Shown one piece after another: positions 12,592 through 25,019 of a stretch of 64,000 bases of DNA. The stretch comes from Takakia lepidozioides (Eukaryota > Plantae > Bryophyta), in contig CM060734.1 in NCBI GenBank assembly GCA_030704615.1, positions 33,604,001 to 33,668,000 of the forward strand, written 5' to 3'. The notes beneath the pieces are model-generated. The model saw only the letters and a program-made list of their open reading frames with translations. It ran no database searches and was not told where the DNA came from. Each line of letters opens with the position of its first letter. The stretch's first letter is position 1. Made by a program: the position numbers and the translations under genes.

Positions 12592-15500
12592 ATGTCTATG
12601 CGAAGAGACTCAACAAACCTGTTTGATGAAGAGGTTGTTGCAGCAAATGTCGAAAAGCTGATCGAGAAGGTTCTGTACGATTACGAAGCTCACTTGCGAA
12701 AGCAGAAGTACCCTGCTGGCGACCATTATAGTACGTACGTCAATGCATTGTCTAAAGACCTAACCTCACGTTGCAGTTCATGACGGTTTTTATCTGCTTG
12801 CAGTTTGATCCGAAAGACTTCCGCCCTAGTCATGCTCTGAAGGTTGCGGCCGGGTTCTCAAGAAGTAGAACCAAATTTGTGACCGGAATCACAGTTCGAG
12901 GTCAATGCATGAGGGACGTATGCACACTTGTTTCCAGAGTCTGCCAAACTTGAACCTCCCAAACCAACTCCAATCTTCCATATAATAAAAATGCCTAGCG
13001 ACGGTGGGAGTAGAGGGTCTTCGGACCATAGCAAATTTACTGATGCTCCTAAAAACTCAAAGTGGTATAAGGCTATACAGCACACCAACTGTGCTGAGCT
13101 TATGCTGCTCTTGCAGCCCTTGATGGACTGGGTTGAGATTATGCAGAGCTTCACGTACGACTCGTTTATGCTTAGACGGAAGCAAGGGTTGTTTTGGCAG
13201 TACGTGAATGGATCTTCTGAGCATTTGCAGGATAATTTGGAAAACCTGTTCAACTCACCTGAGCTTATTATGGCGAGCTTGAAGGACAAGCCTGAGCTTA
13301 AGAACGGCTCTATTGAGCTTATAATACAGCACATGAAGAAGTCGCTTGAGGATCAGCAGCGTTTGAAGTACCCCCCTGAGCTTACTAGTTCATTGAATGA
13401 CATGGACTTGGACCTGACTTCAGACCCGCGGCTGCTACTAGAACAAACAGGTTGGGGAGGGCGAACTGTACTGCACACAGCGGTTGTGGGATGCTGTGGA
13501 AAGCTTGTCGACCATGTGCTACTAGTTTTTGACAGAGAACCTGTGCACGAGGGCCTCGATGATTTGATTACCCTTCAGGACCTACTTTGGGCAGAGGATG
13601 GTTTATGTCATGAGACTGCACTCGCTATGGCCCTCGTCGTTGGGAAACAAGACATCATCGTATCCCTGAAGAAGGCCCTTCTGTCACGTGAAAGTACTCT
13701 GGGCAACCCACGTGACGGTACTGCTGATACTACAGCATCCGAAACGACTCATGATGAGACCCTGCGCAATATTCAACAGAACGTCTTACTCGAGTTGAGC
13801 GATTTTAAGCGAAGGTCCCTAAGCATGCTGGACGATGGAAACCGGCAAGGTGAAATGAAAGATGATCTTTATACCTTTCATATCCTATGTTCCTCTACCT
13901 CCAGACTCAACCCTGCTCGCGACGTGCTACAAGATATAGTTGAGAAATGCAAGGATGAACCTTCTTCCGTTTTACTTCTACAGCGTCTTTTCAAATTGCA
14001 AGATGACTTCGGCAGAACTCCATTGCACATCACCATCAACTCCTGGTTGTTCTGTGAAGTCCTCAAATTAATTCCACCTGGGGACGACTACAAAGAGTGC
14101 GTGAATGGACTGGACCATCTAGGACGGACACCGTTACATCTAGCTGCTGCCAGCGGCGCGCTTGATGCTCTACAATCCCTCGTTAAGGATGGGAGAACAG
14201 TTTTGGACCAAATCTTCTCTCCACTTACCCATGATGAGGGCTTAAGAGATATAATGGAGGACAAAAATAAAAAGTATGAGGCAACAGCCCTTCACTTGGC
14301 TATCATGAACAATCGTTACGAATGTCTTAAGCTCCTTTGGGATACATACTGGGTGACACCTCCGATCGATCCGAACAAGCTGTGGATGACCCGTTCGATG
14401 AAGTTTGGGAGTAAAGATTACATGGAGTCCGAAGAATGGACGCCGCTGCAGTTGGCTGCCATCACAGGACACAGGAAGATACTAGAACTGCTACTGAAGG
14501 TATGTGTTATCATACTTGTAGCTGTGAACCCATGTCTTCTTCTTACCGATGTGAGCGCGTTATAAAATAACTGGTGAAGCCCAATGCATGTTTGTGAATT
14601 GGCCTAATAGTGTCCCTGCCAAAACTTGGCTAATGATAATATATCGGAAAATCTTGGTTTGGCAGGATGACAGAGCATATGATGGAGGAAGAAACTCCCG
14701 TTTAAGCGCCCTAGCGCTCATTGAATTTACAGAGCTCGCCGCAAGCAAAAAATGTTTCCTTGCGCTGCATCTACTTGCTGCCAGAGGAAATATTGAAGGT
14801 GTAAAACTGATGTTGGACAGTTCTGCTTCAGAAATGTTCAGATTTAACCCCTTACAGAGAGGTTCAGCAGCATGCAGAGGATGCACTGCCCTTCATCTTG
14901 CAGCAGATGTATTTTCAATGAATGAAGATTTGCGGTGTATCTTTGATTTCTCAAGGTTTTGGGAACTACAAAAAACACGAAAAGCATTCGAAAAACAGCA
15001 AGCTGATAAAGGATACAGTGGGAAAAAAGAATGTATCAACTTATTATTGCACGCAGGCCTGGACATCTCGGAGCGAGACTATGAGCTATCAACTCCGGAT
15101 CCTGGACTCTTAGCCTCGGACGAAGCTCGCGCATGGTGGTATGGTACGGTGAATAAGGTAACTAAGGACATTAAGAGTAATCTCAATTCTGCTGCAAATG
15201 CCCTTTCAGTGACGGCTACACTAGTGGCAACGGCGTCGTATGTGGGGCCTATGCAACCACCCCTCGGTTATGCTACCTACGATGCTGTTATATCTTTGGA
15301 CGACGAAAATGTGCTGGTGAAAATCTTCATATTTTTTGACAGTTTATCATTTTATCTTGCCGTGGCGTGTATTATGTTGGCTTTGATTCCATCACTTCCA
15401 CTCGAGCAAGAACGGTGGTGGCATACTCAAATGATCGTGCATGTGGCAATATGTGTACTGTTGACTTCTATCATGTGTATTCTCGTGGCTTTTGCCGCAG

Positions 15501-15658
15501 CGAGCATTGCAGTTTTGCCGACATGGAATCGTCGAGCGTTAACATTGAGCACAGCGATGATTGGAGGAGTTTCGTGTCTTGTGGTTATGATCATACTCGT
15601 CAAAAGAGTACTCAAACTAATCAAGGGGTATAGAAAATTTGCAGGGCGCTCCCACTAG
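12592..15658 (+). CDS. Ankyrin-repeat + PGG-domain transmembrane protein (ACD6/ITN1-like ANK-TM family)
   Basis: ANK repeats GRTVLHTAV, ETALAMAL, GRTPLHI, GRTPLHLAA, TALHLAI, TPLQLAA, TALHLAA. Phase-0 GT-AG intron 14500-14665 joins the 545-aa and 356-aa ORFs. PGG-type motif TATLVATASYVGPMQPPLGY followed by about four hydrophobic helices. The 5' exon structure (12592-12928) is uncertain, possibly frameshifted. Confidence 0.88.
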
Positions 15659-15732
15659 ATGTGTTTAGCGCAGGAATAGGATGGTTTCAGGATAGGATGG
15701 TTGTACTGCGTGTGTGTAACCAAGGCAATGTT

Positions 15733-15926
15733 GGTTCTTCAACGCCACACTAATGCGCCTGACTGTCGGTAAATTCAGTCTAAACAAAGGGCCTTGCATA
15801 GTGGCTTGCTCTGGTGGCACTGGGCAGTGCCAGACTGGCACCCAACAGGACGTGCCATGAACTATGTGCGCAGTTAATGGCTGCAAGGCTACGACATGTA
15901 GTGCTCGTACAATCACAGGTTCATTG
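15733..15926 (-). repeat. ~190-bp inverted repeat, right arm
   Basis: Reverse complement of 11940-12129. Begins ~75 bp after the ANK-PGG stop codon. Confidence 0.95.
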
Positions 15927-18395
15927 TCTTTCAGTGACCGTGTCTCTTCTCCAATTCACTGGCTGCAGGCTCCCTCCCACGGAACTAGTAAACTTCTGTC
16001 TTTGTCTCTCTGTTCTCTCACTCTCTCTCTCAAACCAAGCTAGGTTGCCAATGTATCTGAAACTTGGCTTGGGAAAGCTATGACCTGGCTCATTATATTC
16101 ATCATCAAAGTACCAGAGAAAGCAGGAAGCAGAAACCTCAGCTGATTATCAAGGGATTGGCTGAGAGGTAACACCTCATGATGCAGTATGCGGGCAAGCA
16201 TTTCTGATCCGGGATTGGCTATCTTGGGATAGGAAATAGCTATTAGCTTCCGAGTCATACAGACCAGACCACACACAGGAACACCAGGAGAGACGTGAAT
16301 TATTAATCTGAAGCTGGTGCGTCAGCGATCTGACCGAATCACCCATGCCGGCCGAGAGTTCCAAATGATCCAAATCATGCGCACGAGCTAGGTAATTTGG
16401 TTGGAGCTATCGGCAGTAAGTAAGTGAAGAATTCAATAATCAATTCTGCTCTGCGAATGGTTTCAGCTTTAAGGAGATTGGTCATTACGTCATTACAGCC
16501 TAATTTCACTGCCCACCAGCTGCAAAGTTGGCCACTGCCAGTAAATTAAAGCTGGATCCTGATGACGAAACAACTCGTAGCGCCATAGATGTTGTTACGT
16601 CGAACTGGTATGTCCGAATCAGTAGGGAGCTCGGGTCAACTGCCATGCCAACCTATTAGACCACCCGTTGTTAGGACTGACCAGTTTTAATCTGGTTACA
16701 AGTAGCAGCAGTGCGACTGGTCAAGATTCCTCTGTCAATCTAATGCATCGCCAACATCAGGAGGCCCGTGGCCCTTTATATCACCAGGGGTTGAACCTTT
16801 TGCACCCACACTGCAGTGGCATTCGTACTTGGGATAAAATGGACCCTGTCAACTTCTCTAACTTATGCCCAACAACCCTTTCTGCCGTAGCTGGCCCTCC
16901 ACTTTTTGTTTGGGCCGGGGGGACGTTGGAGCCCATTCAAAAACAGAACTAAATGACACTAGTTTTATAACGTCCGCGCTGCCAAGCTTGGGACAAAACA
17001 ACAAGTATTCATCAGAGGACAGTCTAAAGCTAGATATGGTGCTAGCATCTCTGATCAGAGAAAAAGGAAACACTGACTGACACTGTACGGTGATTTGTAA
17101 GACCATGCTACACGGCGAAGCAGACAGATAGCTCTTAAAGCTGGGCACCTTCAGCTAAGTTAATAAGGAGCCCACATCACCATCTCCCAAACATGAAGCA
17201 TTTGAATGAGATACGCAACTCAGGTCATGACGTCATGACATTGAGCCGTCCCGACTCCCATGCATGAGTACAGAGCCCAGTACATGAACAATCGACCAGC
17301 TTAAACCACGTGCTTGCAGTGTTGTGCCAGATTACCTCTCTGGAGTCTGGCGCCATGAATGCAGGGAGAACACTAGGTAGCAACCAACGGCAGCCAGTTA
17401 CATGCTAGCCGACTGATTTCGAGGATTTTCGAGTGAAAATTGAAACCTTCGGAAATTTACCGAGCATGTTCACATAGGAAATTGACTATTGCAGTTACCA
17501 TTAAGGGGAAGCAACCGACTCCCCAACCCACTTAGCCGGTTGGTTCTCAGAATGAGGGGCCATTGGGAACAGCACACATATAATCTCTGACAGGAGGTTT
17601 CTGACATGTCAAATCTTCCCCACACACTCTCCAGAGTGACGTGGACCTGCAGGGTATAACTCCAGTCGGGGTGTCTATGGCGTCCCGTTTGCACCTCACC
17701 ATTATCATGCAGTCTGCACTTCTCACACGTGAGAAATGAGTTCTCACGCGCGAACACATTGAAATCGTCAAAATGGGGCCTGTGGACGGTTTGCACTTTC
17801 TTCATTTCTCGGCATTTAAAACTTATTTTCCACCCCTTGTTTCTCCCACTTCACCGTCCGACCCCTTGCCTCCAACCCCTCGCTGAGATTTCCACCGGTA
17901 ACCAGCCGGCATACCACTTGCCGGTTTGTTGTATTGCCGGTAACTGTCGACTTCCAGATTGTCATTGTCAAAGCCAAGTACAATTTTGAAGCCTTGGGGG
18001 CAGCGTTTCTCAGCAACTTTTCCCGGCATGCAACTAGCATGCATGTGCCCATGTAATGTATGTACTATGTACCAGTGGCAACGTGGCAACCAGCATACAT
18101 GTGCTCTGGATCAATGGCATCATACCATGGATGACAATGACCATTGCATTTTGCATCGTTTAGAAATATCTCTATAAAGGTGAACTCCTCTGGGTCAACG
18201 GGTTTAGTGGTTACTGGAGACGGCTTCCACCAGGAAAGGTAGGCGGTTCAAATCTTCTAACCAAAATGAATGTCTACGATACTAAGCCTTGAATCATCAA
18301 AATTGGAAGGAAACTTTCCATTAAACCAGTTTCCTGAATGGGCACACTTATATATAAGTTTGTCGCCTTTTTTTCTTTTTAAAGGACATGTGTGA

Positions 18396-18676
18396 CAGTG
18401 TTTTTATTTCTGGCGAACTTTCACACATTTTCGACCTCAAAAACAAATCGAATATTCTGTCGTAAATTCACTATTTTCTCATGGATGAAATCGCCAAACC
18501 TCTCTAAAACAAATATAAATCTTGGATGAATTCACCTAATATGGATGATATACATGGATGAAAGCATAGAGGAGGATGATTCTGTCCAAATGAAAGTGGA
18601 TGAACAGAGAATATGGCTATTTCCTGCAAAACTCAGTAGTCACTCCTGTTATTCTGAAAATTTGAGAAAAAATACA
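18396..18676. mobile_element. MITE-like repeat with ATGGATGA motifs
   Basis: Starts CAGTGTTTTT (hAT-like terminus) and carries repeated TGGATGA units. It abuts the SINE at 18677. Confidence 0.35.
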
Positions 18677-18907
18677 TTACCAACAGTCAGTAGCTCAGAT
18701 GGTTAAGTGCACAGAATGCCACCCAGATGATTAAATCTTGCTACTGACGGTTGTGGTATGGTTCCTAGGGTGGTGTCCCCTCATTCGCCTCCATGGCGCA
18801 TAACTGAAAGAGGTTATTTTCTCCTCTCACTTACTAAGGGGCCTGATTTGTGAGCTGTCGCTCCCAGGTGTTTCCCTTTATTAATTTAAAAAATAAAAAA
18901 TAAAAAA
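18677..18907 (+). mobile_element. SINE family A (tRNA-derived)
   Basis: A box TAGCTCAGATGG, eroded B box, shared body with the other copies, A-rich tail. Confidence 0.75.
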
Positions 18908-18930
18908 CACTGATGTGTAACAAGTTTTCC

Positions 18931-18952
18931 ATTATATATATATATATATATA
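18931..18952. repeat. (TA)n microsatellite
   Basis: About 10 TA units. Confidence 0.9.
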
Positions 18953-19634
18953 TTCAAGATATTTCACATTTCAAAAGATTCTTAATTTCATAATCATACT
19001 CTATACGTCTATACCAGTATACGCTGAAGGTATGGTTATAAGTTGTATATGTACTAACTGTATCATAATAAGAGAGACAATACGGCACGTATGCACCGGT
19101 GTTGGTCGGGTATGACAATTTGGGCATATTGAAGGGTCCGGTAAGGAATCTTTGATTAAAACGGTATGGAGGCGGTTATATATAATGTAGGGTTTGGAAA
19201 TTGTGGCGGTTAGAGGTTATCAATGGAGGGGTCCCCAAAAAAAAGTTCTCAGATTATCAATATGCCATTATCCAAGTGGAACACCACCGGTCCCATACAA
19301 CGGTTATCAATATAACCTGATTTTCAGTTATGATACATTAAGATTTTAAGAGGACCGAAAAGAAAAAAACAAAAACAAAACAAAAGGAAAAAAATGGAAA
19401 TATGAAGAATCACAATTAAGAAGACCGTTATCTTTTTAAAAACAAATTGTGACCCGGTTCTAAAAATGTAGCTTCGCAGTTTGCACCCTGCGCTGAGTGG
19501 CGTGTCTAGGACTTAGAATTTTTTTCAAGTCTGGTGTTGCAGCAAGCTCGAGTGTCCCCGTGCGTGCTTGTGTGAGCTTCATGCTCCGCTCTTCCTCCCT
19601 CCTTCCTCCGTGCCCGTCATGAGCACTTGATTAC

Positions 19635-20427
19635 GAGATTACCTCTGATTCCCTGTGTCGAAGGATAGCTACAATAAACCTACATAGGTAGATGGTCAAC
19701 TAGAGTTTGCCGCAGCAGCAGCACAATTGATAAATCGGGCATTGGTAACAAAGGCACCTTCTTCAATAGCACAGTGGCTACAAGTGGGTAGATGGTCTAC
19801 TAGAAACAGTAGCGGCAGCAGCACAATTGATAGAACAAGACACTACTAATGAAGGTACCTTTTTCAACATATTCCACCCTGTTTTCCCCTACTATCAGAG
19901 TCGTCCCTATATTTTCATGTTGAATTCTGCAAGTTAGCTCCGCGTTGGTGGATCTCTGGTGGTTTTGGAGTGATTTTGACATGTTATTGTCAATGTGGTC
20001 GACAGGAGAGTATTGAAAAAACAAATAACAAAGATGAGGAGAAGCTCTGGAATGAATACGTTTCCGACCCCAGTCAATGGTGGAACAATCGAGGCAAAAA
20101 GGTGAATGCTTGTTGGAAGTAGACGCAAGTCAGCGAGTATGATAAGTAGGGTTGGGGTGTTTGCTGGAACAATTCTAGGCTGTCATTGTCAGCTGTTATG
20201 AGCAAGGCAATGATGTATACATGATTTTGTGCAGAGGCATGGATAGCTGAAGGAGCAGGGATAGAGTGTGGGTCCAGATTCATCCAAGAGGGCCGGATTT
20301 CAATCTCCAGATTACCTATGATTCCCTGTGGAAGGATAGCTACAAGAAACCTGCATGGGTAGATGATCAATTGGTTGGTTTTGAGCTGAAGAGCACGACC
20401 CCTACAGGGATGTCTCTCCATCTGTAG
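19635..20427 (+). pseudogene. OSB-type (organellar ssDNA-binding) PDF-motif gene fragment
   Basis: Exons 20006-20101 and 20278-20427 (GT-AG intron 20102-20277, phase 0) give EEKLWNEYVSDPSQWWNNRGKK|IHPRGPDFNLQITYDSLWKDSYKKPAWVDDQL, matching the PDF repeat W...P..WWDNR..K..P..PDF....LW....P.WV..QL. Degenerate half-repeats lie at ~19635-19855. No OB fold or start codon was found. Confidence 0.7.
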
Positions 20428-20919
20428 ATCTTTTAGGAAGTGGAAGGCTAGGGCCCAACTTTCTTATGACAGTGTTAGCTGATTTTCAGTTCTTCTCCTC
20501 AGCTCGGTGCCTTTCTGTTTCCAAGTTATGGCAGTAGTTTCTGGCTGCAGTCTCTTTTCTTGCTAGACTCTTTAGCTCTATGCAGACCCCCTTCTTTGCT
20601 TCCCTTCCTTCTTACTACTCTTCCTTGTCTTGGTACGCAAAGCTGTGTCTTCCTCTTTCAGCCTCTATGGCACTCTATCCAGAGGTTATTTTTTCCTCTT
20701 TGTATCCAAGAACATTTTATGTCCATTACCTACAAAGTTCTGGAGGCCACTGTCCCCCATTGTCCCTCTTTGTTAACAAAAATAATAATAATAATAAAAG
20801 ACAACAATGGCTTCCATTCTATTTTCCTAGAAACCTAATGAGAATTTAAATCAATTAATAATCTAAATATTATAATTGTATGATTTAATTTATTAAATTA
20901 AAATATTATTAAAAACCCT

Positions 20920-21335
20920 CTTAGTCATGAAGTTATATATTCATGACTACATCATGGCATCGTGGCATTATGTGATACAATATTCTTTCCCACGTGTTGG
21001 TCATATATGTTGTCCATGTAGACACGTGTCACATCCGGAGTGCTACATGTGTCCCTCTGACGCCTCTCGAATGGAGTCGTATACTTTGTAGACATGTAGT
21101 CATATAGTCATGTAGTTAGTCATATATAAATCATATAGTTGCGACTACATCGCTCTCTGCAGCATGACTCCAGGTGCCACGCACATAGTCACGGCTATGA
21201 CTTGCAAAACACAGTCCTAAAGACTAGTCGCTATGACATGGCTTTTTTCACTGCAGAGTGATGTAGTCATGAACGCATATAGGACTGAAAAAATAGTCAT
21301 ATGTGCAGTCATAAAAATGCTCATGTGTTGTAGTG
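20920..21335. mobile_element. CACTA (En/Spm) terminus with subterminal repeats
   Basis: Ends ...GTGTTGTAGTG (reverse complement CACTACAACAC) at 21335, preceded by many TAGTCAT/ATGACTA repeats. It abuts the truncated LINE. Confidence 0.7.
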
Positions 21336-23960
21336 GGGGGTTTTCGGCTGAGAATGAAAATTCCCCTTGGTTTGCTCAGATTAGGGTTCTCTGGGGATGA
21401 TAGGAACTGGCTTGTGGAAACTATGGAGATGTTTATAGAAAGAATCGAGACTCCAGTAGTTCAGAATTCAGCTGAGAACAGTTTATGGAATCCAGGGTAC
21501 CTTTCATCGGAGGGCATCATTCCTGAGGGTATGCTATCAGGTAGCTCAAAAACAGGCAGCCTATGTTTTGCCTGCTTACCTAAGGAGTGTTTCCCTCTAC
21601 GACACAGAACCTAGCATCTGTTAGAGTTGCCCGATAAGACCTGATAGATGAAACAGTGGGAGGAGGAGGAGGGCACCTTGATTGGAGAATGCAGAGATGA
21701 GGGTGATAGAGCCTTCGGTGGAGAAGTCACATGAGAGTTCGCCTGCGAGTTGGCCTGAGCTGTGTCTAAGACAACTGGAGGCAATATGTGAAGAGCTTCT
21801 CTCTCGAGCCAAAGAAGTTGATATTGCCCTCTTGAGAGGATGTCTCCACCTGGGACTCCGAAGAAGAGAGCGAGAATTATGCCCGCCTGGTACCATTAAT
21901 GTGTTCTCTGGTTCTCTACACCTCCATTCTGCTCCCAATAATTGAAACCCATTCATCAGGAAATCCTGGTTACGAATTTGTAATTTGTGACTCCCTCTTG
22001 GAGCCGATAGCCACTCTTCATAAATCCAGATGGCCTATATTGGTGGAGGGGATGCATAGATTTCTGCATCCTCCATAAGGGCCAGGATGTGGGTTGAGGC
22101 TTGACACTTAGACCAGGGTGATCTTCCAGGTAAGCTGCCCACGAGATTTTTGTAAGAGGAGATAGTGAATAGTATTTCTGCTGTTTCTTAAAGAATTGCT
22201 GAATTTTCTCCTTGAACAAAATCTGTGGGTTGCTGTTGGGAGGGTTGGATTGCACAAAATGGTTGATGTCTGCCAAAGCTATCCATAAAGATTCGATGCA
22301 TTCAAAATCATCTGATGTGATGAGAATGCTTGGGGGCTTACTCTTTTGAAAGATGAGGGGGGTAACACAGATAGCCTTTGGGATGTCCGTAATTTCCAAA
22401 GCAGAACAGCCTACAAGATTTAGATGTGGGAATGAACAGGTCTGGAGACACGTATTGGCGAAGCTGTTGTTGCATGCAATCCCAGTTGTGATTTTGGGAA
22501 ATGAGTTACTGGTAGGTAGTGTCAACCTAACCAACCTTTGAGGTGAGCTATCCCTCTGTTTTCCTTTTCCTTTTGAAGTAGTAGCTTCCTGCAACTGTTG
22601 ATCTTTTCCTTTCCCTTGGAGATAGTAGCCTCTCGTTGCGGGTGTGCCATTAGCTCTTCCTGCATAGGGTCTATAAAGTCCCTGCCCTGCCAACCTTATG
22701 TAGATTAGACCTGACCTACAGTGGGTCGTTTGGTGCATTGTGCATGGATTGATTCCTCCAGGGAGCTGGAGATGGCCCTGGGTATACCGTGGGAGACTGC
22801 AAATCCTGCACCTAGTTTGAGGCTGTTGCTGGAATCCCTTCTTGATCTTGTGACTGGAGGTTATTGGGAATGGATGGTTGAGAGCATTTGCGCTTTGCTG
22901 TCAGGTAGTCCAATTTGATATGGCCCAACTGGCCACAATTGAAACAAGCTGCGTAGGTAGTGTCTTCTATGAGTTGGATTAAGGTTGGATTGTAAAGTAG
23001 TTGCCCTCCTCATCTATCGGCAACTTGACAAATTGTGGGAGAGCGTCTTCCTCTGGCATCATCAAAACAAATTTCGCACATCCTATTTCATGAAGGCGGG
23101 AAGCGATAGTCACTGATTTCCAAGCCGGGTCTTGCCTTAGGTTATGAGTACACATTTGAGGGTCTAATACCGCCAAACACCCAAGGTATGAGCCGAAATG
23201 GTTTGCAACATCTGCCAAGTTAACCAAGTACTGGTCTGGAATAAAAGGTACTAAGACGATGCGAGGGCCCCAAAGTTTGTCATTCCTGATGCCCATTCTG
23301 GGAGACCATGGAAAAATATTAACGTTGAAGCCTTTGTATGAGGATTGAAGAGCAATGTCTTGTTAGCTGCCTCCTGTGTTTCAAAGATTATTGAGAAAAA
23401 TCCGCGTCCTTTTGCATGGTAGAACTGTTGCCTCAATTCTCCATGGCCTCCAAGGTGCCTGATGGCCCAGTCCCTGACAATTGCTTTGTCCACTTTTTTC
23501 CCAGGGAAGTGAATGAGAATACCAGACTCTTCCATTGTAGCTACTCTTTTCTGCAGTTCTGGGATGTTCATGTTGATCATGGGGTAATCTTTGTCAATAT
23601 CATCTTGATTAAGAACATTTTCTTCCTCCCAATCAGATCCTGGATTCTCCACAATGGGGGATCCCTGAAGGTTGGGAAGAAAAGAGCTGAGTCGAATTTT
23701 GAGAAGTGACTGGGGGGGAGAGAGAGGGTTGAGTGGAAGGAGAGGAGAGGGGTTTCTTGCTGAACCATTGTCAGAAGCGATCCTTGAACGAGCTTGATGT
23801 GCCAGAAAAAAACTCGTGCCTGACGATGGGATTGGTCTTCTATGGTTATTCCGCGTTCCGCGATTGAAACCTCGAGATTCCATGATATCGTTGTTCCTCT
23901 GCTGGCTGGTGCCGTGAGTCATGAAGACGAGAGAGAAAGCAAAACCTACTGATACTCCAA
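21336..23960 (-). mobile_element. L1-type LINE ORF1 (DUF4283-like region and zinc knuckle), degenerate
   Basis: GILIHFPGK...KGRGFFSIIFETQEAANKTL (plant L1 ORF1 RRM-like region) and ACFNCGQLGHIKLDY knuckle (~22905-22950). Frameshifts present; ORF2 is missing beyond the CACTA end. Confidence 0.75.
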
Positions 23961-25019
23961 GACTCTCGCTTGAGTTACTGAGCTGGTGGTCAGGGAGCGA
24001 AAATAGGAAAAGAGAAAAAAATAGAGGGGGAGAGAAGGGGCGGGAAACGTAAAAGAGGATAGCGACTTCCTTAATGGCTTAAGACGGCGGAGGCTGATAA
24101 GTTAGGGATGATGCAAAAGTCTGATAAGGAGATGAAAGGAAGCTCGCTGTTAGGATGAACAGTCAGAAGAGGGAACTTTGAAAAAACACATATAAAGAAA
24201 CTTAATGTGCATATCAATCGACAGCAAAGCTTGGGGGTATATGTTTGCAGCAAAGATTCAAGGCAGCCAGAGGGGAAAATGAATAGGAAGAGGCGATGGA
24301 AGTGGCCAAATGACCGTTGGCGGTCGTCTCGCAGCTCCGCCATTGCTCCAACTCTCGATCCGAGGAGGATCTCAACAAGCGAACTGACAGAAAATCATAC
24401 ACACGTATCGCAATCAGACAACTTTCCACATCTACATACACCAGAGTACATCAGCTGCCTGACACAAGGTCAGGTCGCCGCTTTATACAAACCCTAGCTG
24501 CATGCCTTCCTGACGCGTGGCGAGGCGTGTCAGGCTGAGCCCATGGCACCACATCAAAACCCTAGATCTATTGAACGGCCATGATGCAGCCACAAGCCAT
24601 AACTAACCCTGACTATGATATCTGTGTAATGGTTCAACGGTATTTTAAGCCAAAAATTTATACTACGAATGAGTATCGCCGCTTTGGATGAATAAGGTAA
24701 ATCTGTGCATGAGGAAAGTTTGGGGCATCACATCTGTGAAGCCAACCCCCCACGAAAAATCCTGAGCTCCGTGAAGTACAATGTAAGTTCTAAATAAAAA
24801 CCTATCAAAGGAAAACCTGGCACCTGCAAATTGGGCCGATGACAAAACATTTGGCTAGGAAAACGTGCAGGGAGTACACGTGGTGACATATCATAGGTCT
24901 ACAAATGCATCAAGAGCTAAAACAAAAGGCCAGAAACTGAAAAGCCGTAAAGTGCCAAATCCGCAAGCTAACACTAATCCGCCGAAGAAGCCAATCTAAA
25001 GAAGATCAAGACATCATCC

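Noticed and set aside
15745-15930. Cys-rich peptide (…KGPCIVACSGGTGQCQTG…) readable in the inverted-repeat arms
   Set aside because: Both arms have an in-frame TGA mid-way, there is no signal peptide, and indels occur near the start; a non-coding repeat is more parsimonious.
16040-17150. Short minus- and plus-strand ORFs downstream of the ANK gene
   Set aside because: No recognisable domain or consistent exon chain.
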